From an uncultured Acidocella sp. (GTDB taxonomy: Bacteria; Pseudomonadota; Alphaproteobacteria; Acetobacterales; Acetobacteraceae): DNA of 64,000 nucleotides. The DNA lies in contig OY843765.1 of assembly GCA_963693045.1 (NCBI GenBank), positions 122,831-186,830 on the forward strand. Direction: 5' to 3'. This document shows, one piece after another, positions 9,369 through 19,168 of this stretch; within the stretch, counting starts at the first letter, position 1; each line of letters begins with the position of its first letter. The notes beneath the pieces are model-generated. The model was not told the origin of the DNA. It was given only the letters and a program-made list of their open reading frames with translations, and ran no database searches. The position numbers and the translations under genes are program-made.

Positions 9369-12056
9369 ATGGACGGTATTTCCGCTTCGATCGAAGCCGC
9401 TTCGAACCCCGGACGGGACGCCGATCCCGGGGAAACCCGGGAGTGGCTGGATTCGCTCCGCGCCGTGATACGCGAGGGCGGCGCCGAGCGCGGCCGCTTC
9501 CTGGTGCATCAGTTGGAGGACGCGCTGCGGCAGGTCGGCGGGGTCGATTCAACGCAGCAGTTTTCGGCCTACCGCAACACCATCCCGCTGGAGCGGCAAG
9601 GCGCCTATCCGGGCGACCTCGGCATCGAGGAGCGGATCACCTCGATCCTGCGCTGGAACGCGCTGGCGATGGTGATGCGGGCCAACCAGGCTTACGGCGA
9701 CCTCGGCGGCCACATCGCGAGCTACGCCTCGGCGGCGGAGATCTTCGAGGTCGGGTTCAACCATTTCTTCCGCGCCGGTTCCGCCGCCGACCCCGGCGAC
9801 CTGATCTTCTATCAGCCGCATTCGGCGCCGGGCATCTACGCAAGAGCGTTTCTGGAGGGCCGGCTGGCCGAAGAGCGGCTGACCAAGTACCGCCAGGAGT
9901 TGAGCGGCAACGGGCTATGCTCCTATCCGCACCCCTGGCTGATGCCGGATTTCTGGCAGTTCCCGACCGGCTCCATGGGCATCGGGCCGATCAGCTCGAT
10001 CTACCAGGCCCGGTTCATCCGCTATCTTGAAAATCGCGGCCTGAAGCCGGCGAGCGACCGCCATGTGTGGGGCGTGTTCGGCGACGGCGAGATGGACGAG
10101 CCGGAATCGATCGGCGGCCTGACGCTGGCGGCGCGCGAAGGGCTCGACAACCTGACCTTCATCATCAACTGCAACCTGCAACGTCTGGACGGGCCGGTGC
10201 GCGGCAACGGCCAGGTCATCCAGGAGTTCGAGGCGCTGTTTTCCGGCGCCGGCTGGAACGTGATCAAGGTGCTGTGGGGTTCGGAGTGGGACGCGCTGTT
10301 CTCGCGCGACACCGACAACGTGCTGCTGCGCCGCTTCGCCGAAACCGTGGACGGCGAGTATCAGACGCTTGGCGCCAAGGATGGCGACTACAACCGCTCG
10401 AAGTTTTTCGAGCGCGAAGCCGGCTCGGCGGCGCTGGCGAAAACCATGTCGGATGCCGAGATCAACGCGCTGAAGCGGGGCGGCCATGACTTCCGCAAGC
10501 TGCACGCCGCCTTCGCCGCCGCAAAAGCCCATAAAGGTCGGCCGACGGTGATCCTGGCCAAGACCAAGAAGGGCTACGGCATGGGCAATGCCGGCGAGTC
10601 CCGGATGACGGCGCACCAGGCCAAGAAGCTCGACGTCGAGGCGCTGCTGGAATACCGCGACCGCTTCAGCCTGCCACTGACCAATGACGAGGTCGCCGGC
10701 CTCAGGCTTTACAAGCCGGCGGAAGGCAGTGCCGAGCTGACCTATTTGCGGGCCCGCCGCGAGGCCCTCGGCGGCTATACGCCGGAGCGGCAGCGCAACG
10801 CGCCGGAAACGGTGCCGGTGCCGCCGCTGGCGAGCTATGCGCAGTTCGCTCTGGAAGCCGACGGCAAGGAGATGTCCACCACCACGGCGGCGGTGCGGAT
10901 GCTGGGCGGGCTGTTGAAAGACAAGCAGATCGGGCCGCGCATCGTGCCGATCGTCGCCGACGAAGCGCGAACCTTCGGCATGGCCAACCTGTTCCGGCAG
11001 GTCGGCATCTACTCGCCGGTCGGCCAGCTTTACGAGCCGGAAGACGCCAGCTCCATGCTGTATTACCGCGAGGTCCGTAACGGCCAGTTGCTGGAAGAGG
11101 GCATAACCGAAGCCGGCGCCATCTCCTCCTGGGTCGCCGCCGCGACATCGTACAGCGCGCACGGCCTGGCGATGCTGCCGATCTATATCTACTACTCGAT
11201 GTTCGGCTTCCAGCGGGTCGGCGACCTGATCTGGGCGGCTGCCGACCAGCGCTCGCGCGGCTTTTTGCTGGGCGCGACCGCCGGCCGCACCACGCTTGGG
11301 GGCGAGGGCTTGCAGCACCAGGACGGTTCCAGCCATCTGGTAGCGGCGACCGTGCCGAACTGCCGCGCCTACGACCCGGCTTTCGCCGGCGAGCTGGCGG
11401 TTATCATGGATGTCGGCGCGCGGCGGATGATGGAGGAGCAGCGCGACGAGTTCTATTACATCACCGTTATGAACGAGAATTACCCGCAACCGTCGCTGAC
11501 GCCGGGCGCGGAGGCCGACATCATCAAGGGGATGTACAAGTTCGGCACCCGCGGCGAGGCGGCGGCGCAGGTGCGGCTGCTCGGCTCCGGCACCATCCTG
11601 CGCGAGGTGATCGCCGCGGCGGATATCTTGATGGAAGAATTCGGCATCGCCAGCGAAATCTTCAGCGCCACGAGTTTCAGCGAGCTGGCACGCGACGCCG
11701 CCGAGGTCGAGCGGACCCGGCGGCTGGGCGCCGCACCGGAGACAAGGCGCAGCCATGTCGAAGCCCTGCTGCCCGGCAAGACGCCGGTGGTCGCCGCGAC
11801 CGATTACGTGCGGGCGCTGCCGCAGCTGATCGCGCCTTATGTCGAAGGCCGGTTCATCGCACTGGGCACCGACGGCTTCGGCCGCAGCGACAGCCGTGCC
11901 GCCTTGCGCAAATTCTTCGAAGTGGATCGCCACAGCATCGTGCTGGCAACGCTGGAAGCACTGACGCGGGAGGGGACGATCCCGCACGCCAAGCTGGTGG
12001 AGGCCGCGGAACGATACGGGGTCAAACGTGAAAGCCCGGCACCGTGGACGGTTTGA
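9369..12056 (+). CDS. aceE: pyruvate dehydrogenase E1 component, homodimeric AceE type
   Basis: 895 aa. N-terminus has ETREWLDSLRAVIREGG; TPP motif GDGEMDEPES...NCNLQRLDG. Confidence 0.95.
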   Translation: MDGISASIEAASNPGRDADPGETREWLDSLRAVIREGGAERGRFLVHQLEDALRQVGGVDSTQQFSAYRNTIPLERQGAYPGDLGIEERITSILRWNALAMVMRANQAYGDLGGHIASYASAAEIFEVGFNHFFRAGSAADPGDLIFYQPHSAPGIYARAFLEGRLAEERLTKYRQELSGNGLCSYPHPWLMPDFWQFPTGSMGIGPISSIYQARFIRYLENRGLKPASDRHVWGVFGDGEMDEPESIGGLTLAAREGLDNLTFIINCNLQRLDGPVRGNGQVIQEFEALFSGAGWNVIKVLWGSEWDALFSRDTDNVLLRRFAETVDGEYQTLGAKDGDYNRSKFFEREAGSAALAKTMSDAEINALKRGGHDFRKLHAAFAAAKAHKGRPTVILAKTKKGYGMGNAGESRMTAHQAKKLDVEALLEYRDRFSLPLTNDEVAGLRLYKPAEGSAELTYLRARREALGGYTPERQRNAPETVPVPPLASYAQFALEADGKEMSTTTAAVRMLGGLLKDKQIGPRIVPIVADEARTFGMANLFRQVGIYSPVGQLYEPEDASSMLYYREVRNGQLLEEGITEAGAISSWVAAATSYSAHGLAMLPIYIYYSMFGFQRVGDLIWAAADQRSRGFLLGATAGRTTLGGEGLQHQDGSSHLVAATVPNCRAYDPAFAGELAVIMDVGARRMMEEQRDEFYYITVMNENYPQPSLTPGAEADIIKGMYKFGTRGEAAAQVRLLGSGTILREVIAAADILMEEFGIASEIFSATSFSELARDAAEVERTRRLGAAPETRRSHVEALLPGKTPVVAATDYVRALPQLIAPYVEGRFIALGTDGFGRSDSRAALRKFFEVDRHSIVLATLEALTREGTIPHAKLVEAAERYGVKRESPAPWTV

Positions 12057-12061
12057 TCGCC

Positions 12062-13375
12062 ATGAATCAGATCATCGAGATCCTCGTCCCCGACATCGGC
12101 GACTTCAAGAACGTGCCGATCATCGAGATCTTCGCCACGGCCGGCGCCACCGTCAGCGTGGACGAAGCGCTGGTCGTGCTGGAGTCCGACAAGGCGACGA
12201 TCGACGTGCCGTCGCCCGCCGCCGGCACGATCAAGGAGGTCAAGGTCAAGCTCGGCGACAAGGTCAGCCAGGGCAGCGCGTTGATCCTGCTGGAGCCAGC
12301 CGAAACCGGAGCGGCGGTGGCCGCGCCCGCTGCGCCACCGGCTCAGGCTCCGGCTCCGGCTCCGCCACCGGCGCCGGCCGCGGCCGCGCCGGCACCGCCC
12401 GCACCGCAAGCCGTCGCCGCGCCGCCCGCCGCACCGTCGCCCGCCGTCCCCCCTCCGGCACCGGGCGCGTGGCCGCACGCCTCGCCGTCGATCCGGCGGG
12501 CGGCGCGGGAACTCGGCGTCGATCTCGGCCTGGTGAGCGGCAGCGGCCCGAAAGGCCGCATTCTGCTCAGTGACCTGCAAGGCTTCGTCAAACAGGCGAT
12601 CGCCGGCAAAGCGGCAACACCCGCCTCTGGCTCTGGCACTGGCCTCGACCTGTTGCCCTGGCCGAAAATCGACTTCGCCAAATTCGGCCCGGTCGAGCGC
12701 GCGCCGCTCTCGAAAATCCAGAAAATCTCCGGCGCCAACCTGTCGCGCAATTCGATCGTGATCCCGCATGCCGGGAACACCGACGAGGCCGATGTCACCG
12801 CGCTCGAAGCCTTTCGCGTCGACATCAACAAGGAGCGCCAGGGCAAGGCCGAAAAGCTGACGATGCTGGCCTTCATGATCAAGGCCGCGGTGGTGGCGCT
12901 GAAGAAGCACCCGACCTTCAATGCCTCGCTCGACGGCGATGAGCTGGTCCTGAAGCGCTATTTCCACATCGGCTTTGCCGCTGACACGCCGAACGGGCTG
13001 ATCGTGCCGGTCGTCAAGGACGCCGATAAAAAGGGCCTGACCGAAATCGCTGCCGAGGCCGGGGAACTCGCGGCGCAGGGCCGCAATGGCAAGCTGAAGC
13101 CGGGCGATATGCAAGGCGGCTGCTTCACGATTTCCTCTCTCGGTGGCATCGGCGGCACCGGCCTCACGCCGATCGTCAACGCGCCGGAGGTGGCGATTCT
13201 CGGCGCCGCGAAAGCCAAGATGAGCCCGGTCTGGGATGGCCAGAGTTTCCAGCCCCGGCTGATCATGCCGGTCAGCCTGTCCTGGGATCACCGCGTCATC
13301 GACGGCGCGGAGGCGGCGCGCTTTCTCGTCACCTTCACGACGCTGCTGGCCGACTTCCGGCGGATTTCGCTGTGA
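12062..13375 (+). CDS. aceF: dihydrolipoyllysine-residue acetyltransferase (E2), single lipoyl domain
   Basis: Starts at ATG 12062, 5 nt after the aceE stop (the track start at 12044 would overlap aceE). One lipoyl domain (ESDKATIDVP), an Ala/Pro linker, a subunit-binding domain (ASPSIRRAARELGVDLGLVSGSGPKGRI) and a catalytic DHRVIDG motif. Confidence 0.9.
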   Translation: MNQIIEILVPDIGDFKNVPIIEIFATAGATVSVDEALVVLESDKATIDVPSPAAGTIKEVKVKLGDKVSQGSALILLEPAETGAAVAAPAAPPAQAPAPAPPPAPAAAAPAPPAPQAVAAPPAAPSPAVPPPAPGAWPHASPSIRRAARELGVDLGLVSGSGPKGRILLSDLQGFVKQAIAGKAATPASGSGTGLDLLPWPKIDFAKFGPVERAPLSKIQKISGANLSRNSIVIPHAGNTDEADVTALEAFRVDINKERQGKAEKLTMLAFMIKAAVVALKKHPTFNASLDGDELVLKRYFHIGFAADTPNGLIVPVVKDADKKGLTEIAAEAGELAAQGRNGKLKPGDMQGGCFTISSLGGIGGTGLTPIVNAPEVAILGAAKAKMSPVWDGQSFQPRLIMPVSLSWDHRVIDGAEAARFLVTFTTLLADFRRISL

Positions 13376-15126
13376 GCGCGCCGATCGAGGTTAAGGTCCC
13401 GGATATCGGCGACTTCAAGAACATCCCGATCATCGAAATCGGCGTCAAGGTCGGCGATGTCGTCACCGCCGAGCAAACCCTGATTGTGCTGGAAAGCGAC
13501 AAAGCAACGTTGGACGTGCCGGCGCCGGTTGCCGGAAAAATCGTCGAGATCAAGGTCGCGGTCGGCGACAAGGTCAGCGAAGGCAGCCTGGTTGCGATGC
13601 TGGAAACCGCCGACGCGGCGGTGCCCGTGTCCGCGCCACGCGAGACGGTACATGCGGCGCCGGTGCCGGCGCAGGTCGTTCCGCCGCCCGCGCCGGCGGC
13701 GGCGGCCGGCGGAACGGCCGACGAGCACGCGGCGCTGCTGGTGATCGGCGCTGGCCCCGGCGGCTATACCGCGGCCTTCCGCGCCGCTGACCTTGGCGCG
13801 AAAGTGACGATCATCGACCGGCGAGAATCGCTGGGGGGCGTTTGCCTGAATGTCGGCTGCATCCCGTCGAAGGCCTTGCTGCACGCCGCCAAGGTCATCA
13901 AGGACGCCGCCGAACTCTCGGCCCACGGCGTCGGCTTCGGCCCGCCGGCGCTCGACCTCGACAAACTGCGCGGCTGGAAACAATCGGTGGTGGAGCGCCT
14001 GACCGGCGGGCTGGTCGACCTCGCCCGCCGCCGCAACGTCACCGTGGTGCGCGGCGAGGCGCGGTTCACCGGCCCCAACATGGTCAGTGTCGCTGGGGCC
14101 GCCGGCACCCGCACCATCTCCTTCGACCAGGCGATCATCGCCGCCGGCTCGGAGCCGGTGACGCTGCCGTTCATCCCGGCCGGCGATCCCCGCGTCATCG
14201 ATTCCACCGGCGCGCTCGACCTCAAATCCGTGCCGGCAAAACTGCTGGTGATCGGCGGCGGCATCATCGGCTTGGAGATGGCAACGGTGTATGAGGCGCT
14301 CGGCTCCCGCGTCACCGTGGTCGAGTTGATGGACCAGCTGATCCCGGGCGCCGACCGCGATCTGGTGGCACCCCTGGCGAAGCGCCTGACCAGACAGCTC
14401 GACAAGATCCTGCTGAAGACCAGCATCAACAAGGTCGAGGCGCGGGAGGACGGGCTGCTGGCCCATCTTTCCGGTCCCGACGGCGACAGCACGGCACTGT
14501 TCGACCAAGTGCTGGTCGCGGTCGGCCGCCGCGCCAATGGCCGATTGCTCGGCGCGGAAGCCGCCGGCGTCACCGTGCAGACCAACGGCTTTATCCAGGT
14601 GGACCGGCAGATGCGGACCAACATCGCGCATATCTTCGCGATCGGCGATGTCGTTGGCCAGCCGATGCTGGCGCACAAGGCGACGCACGAGGCCAAGGTG
14701 GCGGCGGAAGTCGCTTGCGGCCACAACGCCGGATTTGATGCGCGTGTCATCCCCTCCGTCGCCTACACCGACCCTGAGGTCGCCTGGGTCGGGCTGACCG
14801 AGACCGAGGCGAAGAAGACCGGCGTGGCGTTCGACAAGGCGGTGTTCCCGTGGGCCGCCTCCGGCCGCTCCTTGGCGCTGGGCCGGGACGAGGGCTTTAC
14901 CAAACTGTTGTTCGAGAAGGACACCCGCCGCCTGCTCGGCGCGGGCATCGTCGGCCCCGCCGCCGGCGATCTGATCGCCGAGGCGGCGCTGGCGATCGAG
15001 ATGGGCGCCGACGACGCCGATATTGGCCTGACGATCCATCCGCATCCCACGCTTTCCGAAACGGTGGGGCTTGCAGCGGAAGTGTTCGCCGGCACCATCA
15101 CCGACCTGCCGCAGGCCCGGCGCTGA
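13372..15126 (+). CDS. lpdA: dihydrolipoyl dehydrogenase (E3) with N-terminal lipoyl domain
   Basis: 584 aa. Lipoyl domain (ESDKATLDVP), Ala/Pro linker, then GAGPGGY, redox-active CLNVGCIPSK and C-terminal HPHPTLSE. The GTG start overlaps the aceF stop (GTGA). Confidence 0.9.
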   Translation: MSAPIEVKVPDIGDFKNIPIIEIGVKVGDVVTAEQTLIVLESDKATLDVPAPVAGKIVEIKVAVGDKVSEGSLVAMLETADAAVPVSAPRETVHAAPVPAQVVPPPAPAAAAGGTADEHAALLVIGAGPGGYTAAFRAADLGAKVTIIDRRESLGGVCLNVGCIPSKALLHAAKVIKDAAELSAHGVGFGPPALDLDKLRGWKQSVVERLTGGLVDLARRRNVTVVRGEARFTGPNMVSVAGAAGTRTISFDQAIIAAGSEPVTLPFIPAGDPRVIDSTGALDLKSVPAKLLVIGGGIIGLEMATVYEALGSRVTVVELMDQLIPGADRDLVAPLAKRLTRQLDKILLKTSINKVEAREDGLLAHLSGPDGDSTALFDQVLVAVGRRANGRLLGAEAAGVTVQTNGFIQVDRQMRTNIAHIFAIGDVVGQPMLAHKATHEAKVAAEVACGHNAGFDARVIPSVAYTDPEVAWVGLTETEAKKTGVAFDKAVFPWAASGRSLALGRDEGFTKLLFEKDTRRLLGAGIVGPAAGDLIAEAALAIEMGADDADIGLTIHPHPTLSETVGLAAEVFAGTITDLPQARR

Positions 15127-15930
15127 TTATCCAAGCCGGTCTAGAATGGCCATGGCGGCGGCGGGGTTCAGCGGCTTGAAGCCGCTGATGACGTAGAGGA
15201 ACACGTCGCGCTTCACCGCTTTCGCCGGCTTGGCGAGCGGGTCCATACCGTCGGTGCCCTTGCCGGTGGCCCAGGCTTCGGCTTGCGCGGCCCAGCGGGC
15301 GATGGCGGCGGCCGGGTAGCCCAGGCCTTGCTCTTCGGTCGTGCCCATGATCCGGGCGTAGACGAACGGAGCGGTCAGGTCGCCGATCCGCGGAAACGCT
15401 GAGTCGCCGGCGATGACGACGGCAACTTCATGGGCGCGCGCCAGCGCAATAAACGCCGGGTTACGAAAACTCTCATGCCGCACCTCGACCACATGGCGGA
15501 TAGCGCGGCCGCCGATCTCTTTAGGCAGCAGCTTCAGGAAAGCTTCAAAATCCTCGGCGTCGAATTTCTTGGTCGGGGCGAACTGCCAGTTGATCGGGCC
15601 GAGCTTGTCGCGCAGTTCCAGCACGCCGCTGCCGAAAAACCGCCCGATCGACTCCGCCGCCTCGCCGAGGACCCGGCGATTGGTCGTAAAGCGCGGGCCT
15701 TTCACGGAAAACACGAAGTCCTCCGGCGTTTCGTCGTGCCACTTGGCGAAGCTTTCCGGCTTCTGCGAACCATAATAGGTGCCGTTGATCTCGATCGAGG
15801 TCAGCTTCCGGCTGGCATAATGCAGCTCCTGCTTTTGCGGCAGATCATCCGGGTAGAAGCCGCCGCGCCACGGCGGAAAGGTCCAGCCGCCGACGCCGAC
15901 CCGTATGTTTCCGGCAGCTGCTTTTGCCAT
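15127..15930 (-). CDS. DUF72 domain protein
   Basis: 267 aa with a typical DUF72 N-terminus (VGGWTFPPWRGGFYPDDLPQKQELHYASRKLTSIEINGTYY). Confidence 0.8.
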   Translation of the reverse strand: MAKAAAGNIRVGVGGWTFPPWRGGFYPDDLPQKQELHYASRKLTSIEINGTYYGSQKPESFAKWHDETPEDFVFSVKGPRFTTNRRVLGEAAESIGRFFGSGVLELRDKLGPINWQFAPTKKFDAEDFEAFLKLLPKEIGGRAIRHVVEVRHESFRNPAFIALARAHEVAVVIAGDSAFPRIGDLTAPFVYARIMGTTEEQGLGYPAAAIARWAAQAEAWATGKGTDGMDPLAKPAKAVKRDVFLYVISGFKPLNPAAAMAILDRLG

Positions 15931-15977
15931 CTCCGCACCATGCCGCCCCGCGCCGTTTTGTGCCAGAGGATCGTGCC

Positions 15978-17261
15978 ATGAACGAACGCGACCTCCTCCG
16001 GCAAATTTTTGATGCCGCCGTCGCCAGCGCAGAGCCGCAAGCGGCGGTGCGGCGGCATCTGCCGGAGAAGCCGCGCGGCCGCTGTGTCGTCGTCGGCGCC
16101 GGCAAGGCCTCGGCGGCGATGGCGGCCGGGCTGGAGGCGGCCTGGCCGGATGTGGCGCTGACCGGCGTGGTGGTTACCCGCTACGGCCATGCGGTTACCA
16201 CCCGGCGCGTCGAGATCATCGAGGCGGCGCATCCAGTGCCGGATGCGAACAGCGAGCGGGCGGCGCAGCGCGTTCTGGCGGTGGTGCGGGGCCTTGCGGC
16301 GGATGACCTGGTGATCGCGTTGATCTCCGGCGGTGGCTCGGCGCTGCTGGCAGCACCGGCGCCGGGGCTGACACTGGCCGACAAGCAGGCGGTCAACCGT
16401 GCCTTGCTGGCCAGCGGTGCGACGATCACCGAGATGAACGCGGTGCGCAAACATCTTTCGGCGGTGAAGGGCGGTCGGCTGGCTTTGGCGGCACGGCCGG
16501 CGCGGCTGGTCACGCTGCTGATCAGCGATGTGCCGGGCGATGACCCGGCGGTGATCGCCTCCGGCCCGACGGTGGCGGATACCAGCACCATCGCGCAGGT
16601 GTGGGAGATCGTCGGCCGCTACGGCATCGACCTGCCGCCGGCGGTCCGTACGATGCTGCAAGCCGGCGCGGAAACACCGAAGCCGGGCGCCTTCGAGAGC
16701 GATGTGCGGATCATCGCGGCGCCCTTGCAGGCGCTCGAAGCCGCGGCCGCGGCGGCGCGGGCGGCGGGCCTCACGCCGCTGATCCTGGGCGACGCGCTGG
16801 AAGGTGAAAGCCGGGAGCTCGGCACGATCATGGCTGGTATCGCCCGCTCGGTCGCGGCGCATGGCCGGCCGGTAGCCGCGCCGGCGGTGCTGCTTTCGGG
16901 CGGCGAAACCACGGTGACGATCGGCCAGGGGGGCGCCGGAAGCGGCGGCCGCAACACCGAGTTCCTCCTCGGCTTCGCCGCCGCCGCGCAAGGTGCCGCC
17001 GGCATCTGGGCGCTGGCCGGCGACAGCGACGGGATCGACGGCACCGAGGACGCGGCCGGCGCGATCGTGACGCCGGATACGCTCACCCGTGCCCGCGCCG
17101 CCGGCCTCGACGTGCAAGCGGCGCTGACCGGGCACGACAGCTACAGTTTTTTCAAAACTTTGGGCGACCTAGTTTACACCGGGCCGACGCTGACCAATGT
17201 GAACGACATCCGCGTGGTCCTGATCACCGGCCGCGACCCGCCGATCCACGAGAAGAATTAA
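15978..17261 (+). CDS. glycerate 2-kinase / hydroxypyruvate-reductase-like protein (MOFRL family)
   Basis: Starts at ATG 15978 (MNERDLLRQIFDAAVASAEP). The track's TTG at 15924 would overlap the DUF72 start. Has a VVVGAGKASAAMA motif and a C-terminal MOFRL-like region. Confidence 0.8.
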   Translation: MNERDLLRQIFDAAVASAEPQAAVRRHLPEKPRGRCVVVGAGKASAAMAAGLEAAWPDVALTGVVVTRYGHAVTTRRVEIIEAAHPVPDANSERAAQRVLAVVRGLAADDLVIALISGGGSALLAAPAPGLTLADKQAVNRALLASGATITEMNAVRKHLSAVKGGRLALAARPARLVTLLISDVPGDDPAVIASGPTVADTSTIAQVWEIVGRYGIDLPPAVRTMLQAGAETPKPGAFESDVRIIAAPLQALEAAAAAARAAGLTPLILGDALEGESRELGTIMAGIARSVAAHGRPVAAPAVLLSGGETTVTIGQGGAGSGGRNTEFLLGFAAAAQGAAGIWALAGDSDGIDGTEDAAGAIVTPDTLTRARAAGLDVQAALTGHDSYSFFKTLGDLVYTGPTLTNVNDIRVVLITGRDPPIHEKN

Positions 17262-17269
17262 GGGAAGAG

Positions 17270-17755
17270 ATGAACGACGAGGACTTCATGCGCCGCGCCA
17301 TCGCGCTGGCGGCCGAGGGCGAGAACGCGCCGGATTGTGGCCCTATCGGCTGCGTCATCGTCAGGGATGGCAAGGTCATCGGCGAAGGCCATAACGAAGT
17401 CGGCGCAAGATTCGACCCGACGGCCCATGCCGAGGTGGTGGCGATGCGCCGGGCTGGCCAGACCTTGCGGCAGGCGCGTTTCGAAGGTGCGACCCTGTAC
17501 GCGACGTTGCAACCCTGCGGCATGTGCAGCATGGCCTCGATCTGGGCTGGCATTTCCCGTATCGTTTACGGCGCCGAGCGGGCGCAGGTCCACCGCATGT
17601 ATTTCGAGGATCGCAATCTAGACACGATGGATTTCATCCGCGACGCCTACAAGGACGATCTGCAACTATTGGGCGGCGTTTTGGCGGAGGAATGTGCGAA
17701 ACTCTACTACAAGCCGGATGACGATCCGCCGCCGGAAGAGCAAACCAACCTTTAA
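17270..17755 (+). CDS. nucleoside/guanine deaminase (CMP/dCMP deaminase zinc-binding family)
   Basis: 161 aa with HAE...PCGMC zinc-ligand motifs (PTAHAEVVAMRRAG, LQPCGMCSMA). Confidence 0.85.
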   Translation: MNDEDFMRRAIALAAEGENAPDCGPIGCVIVRDGKVIGEGHNEVGARFDPTAHAEVVAMRRAGQTLRQARFEGATLYATLQPCGMCSMASIWAGISRIVYGAERAQVHRMYFEDRNLDTMDFIRDAYKDDLQLLGGVLAEECAKLYYKPDDDPPPEEQTNL

Positions 17756-17770
17756 AGTGTAACGAGTTAT

Positions 17771-17859
17771 CACTCATCACACTCCACTCTTATTTTGGCG
17801 AGCAATTCCATGGCTCAGTCGTTCGCTGTGCGATTCGACTTCAAGCCATGTTGCTCTAG
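17771..17859 (+). repeat. REP/MITE-like imperfect-palindromic repeat, copy A
   Basis: The core tattttggcgagcaattccatggctcagtcgttcgctgtgcgattcgacttcaagccatgttgctctag is ~90% identical to the copies at 32976 and 38997 (reverse). Its terminal CTAG contains the minus-strand TAG stop of the methyltransferase gene. Confidence 0.8.
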
Positions 17860-18443
17860 TCAGGCGCCCGCAGCACGTCGATCCGGAACTGCTCGCCGTG
17901 ATGCCGCCCGATCGGCAGCAACCGCGGCGCGGCGGCGATGAAGTGGTCCGCCGCCGCCTCGCCGGTGCAGGGTTCCGGCGTTGCCCCGGTGTAGTTGACC
18001 AGGAGCGCGATGCCGGTGCCCGCGATGGCGGCACAGGCCCGCGCCGCGACGCGCGCGATGTCGGCCGGCGTGAGGAAATACAGCACCTCGGACAGCACGA
18101 TGAGGTCGAACCGGCCACCCGGCCACTCTTCCGGTACGCGGCGGCATTCGAAGCGGGTATTGCCGAGGGCGGCGCAACGCTGTTCGGCCTGCGCCAACGC
18201 CGCCGGTGCGATGTCGATCGCCAGCAGCTGGTCGCATTGCGCGGCGAGGCGCGCGGTCAGCACGCCGATCGAGCAACCGACCTCGAAACCGGCGGCGAAG
18301 CGGCGGCTTTGCAGTGCGCCGATCGTGGCGTCGTATTTCTGCCGCTCATAAACGCTGCCGGTAAAATTCCAGGGGTCGGGATTGGTGGCGTAGAGCCGGT
18401 TGAAATAGTCGGCATCGCGGGACTCGCCAGTGTGTTCAGTCAT
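17856..18443 (-). CDS. NodS-like SAM-dependent methyltransferase
   Basis: 195 aa from ATG 18443 (MTEHTGESRD). DPWNF...YERQKYD...EVGCSIGVLTARLA...FDLIVLSEVLYFL matches the NodS-family layout. The start overlaps the PIG-L stop (ATGA). The longer track ORF (to 18752) is treated as an upstream extension. Confidence 0.8.
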   Translation of the reverse strand: MTEHTGESRDADYFNRLYATNPDPWNFTGSVYERQKYDATIGALQSRRFAAGFEVGCSIGVLTARLAAQCDQLLAIDIAPAALAQAEQRCAALGNTRFECRRVPEEWPGGRFDLIVLSEVLYFLTPADIARVAARACAAIAGTGIALLVNYTGATPEPCTGEAAADHFIAAAPRLLPIGRHHGEQFRIDVLRAPD

Positions 18444-19168
18444 GGTGCGATGAAGACCTCGAAAGGCCGCTCGAAGACAGCAAGCAGTTCGGCGGGCAGG
18501 CGGAAGCCGTCCGGTGAGTCGGTGATCAGCGCGCCATACTGGGATACGTGGGCGGCGATCGCCTGGCGCTTGCGCGGCAGTTGCGCTGCGATGTCGAGGC
18601 GCCAGCCGCCGCCCGGCTCCGGCAACATGGTGTCCGGCGGCAACAGCCAGCCCCAGACCGGATAGGAGCGCAGCGGCAAGCCGGCCTGTTCGGCAACCGC
18701 CTGCGCCAGCATCGCCCCAGCCTCGTGATCGCAATGCGGGTCGTGCCGCCAAGGGCCGATCACAGCGCCGCAGCCTTGGCCCCGCGCCAGCGTCGCCAGC
18801 CGCGCGGCTGCCGCCTCGAACGCGGCGCCTTCGCCCGGCAACGCGGCGTCCGGGAAGTCCAGGAACAGCAGCCGGTTGGCCGGCAGGCCAAGTCGCGCCG
18901 CCGCGTCCAACGCCTCGGCGCGGCGCAGTTGCGCGAGGCGCTGCGGCGGGTAGGCCAACGAGCCGGGATGCGAGGCGGCGCCATCGGTCAAAATGACAAC
19001 CAGCGGCGGCCGGCCGGCGGCGCAGGCGGCGGCGATCAGCCCGCCGCAGCCGAGGCTCTCATCGTCCGGGTGCGGCGCCAGGATCATCGGCTTAAGCCCG
19101 ATCGCATCGTCGCCAGCGACTTCCGCCAGCGCTTCGAAGCCGGCGAGCACCTCCCGCGCCGGCCTCAC
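18440..19168 (-). CDS. PIG-L/LmbE-family de-N-acetylase
   Basis: 242 aa with an ILAPHPDDESLGCGG motif. The GTG start overlaps the stop of the upstream gene (GTGA). Confidence 0.85.
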   Translation of the reverse strand: MRPAREVLAGFEALAEVAGDDAIGLKPMILAPHPDDESLGCGGLIAAACAAGRPPLVVILTDGAASHPGSLAYPPQRLAQLRRAEALDAAARLGLPANRLLFLDFPDAALPGEGAAFEAAAARLATLARGQGCGAVIGPWRHDPHCDHEAGAMLAQAVAEQAGLPLRSYPVWGWLLPPDTMLPEPGGGWRLDIAAQLPRKRQAIAAHVSQYGALITDSPDGFRLPAELLAVFERPFEVFIAP

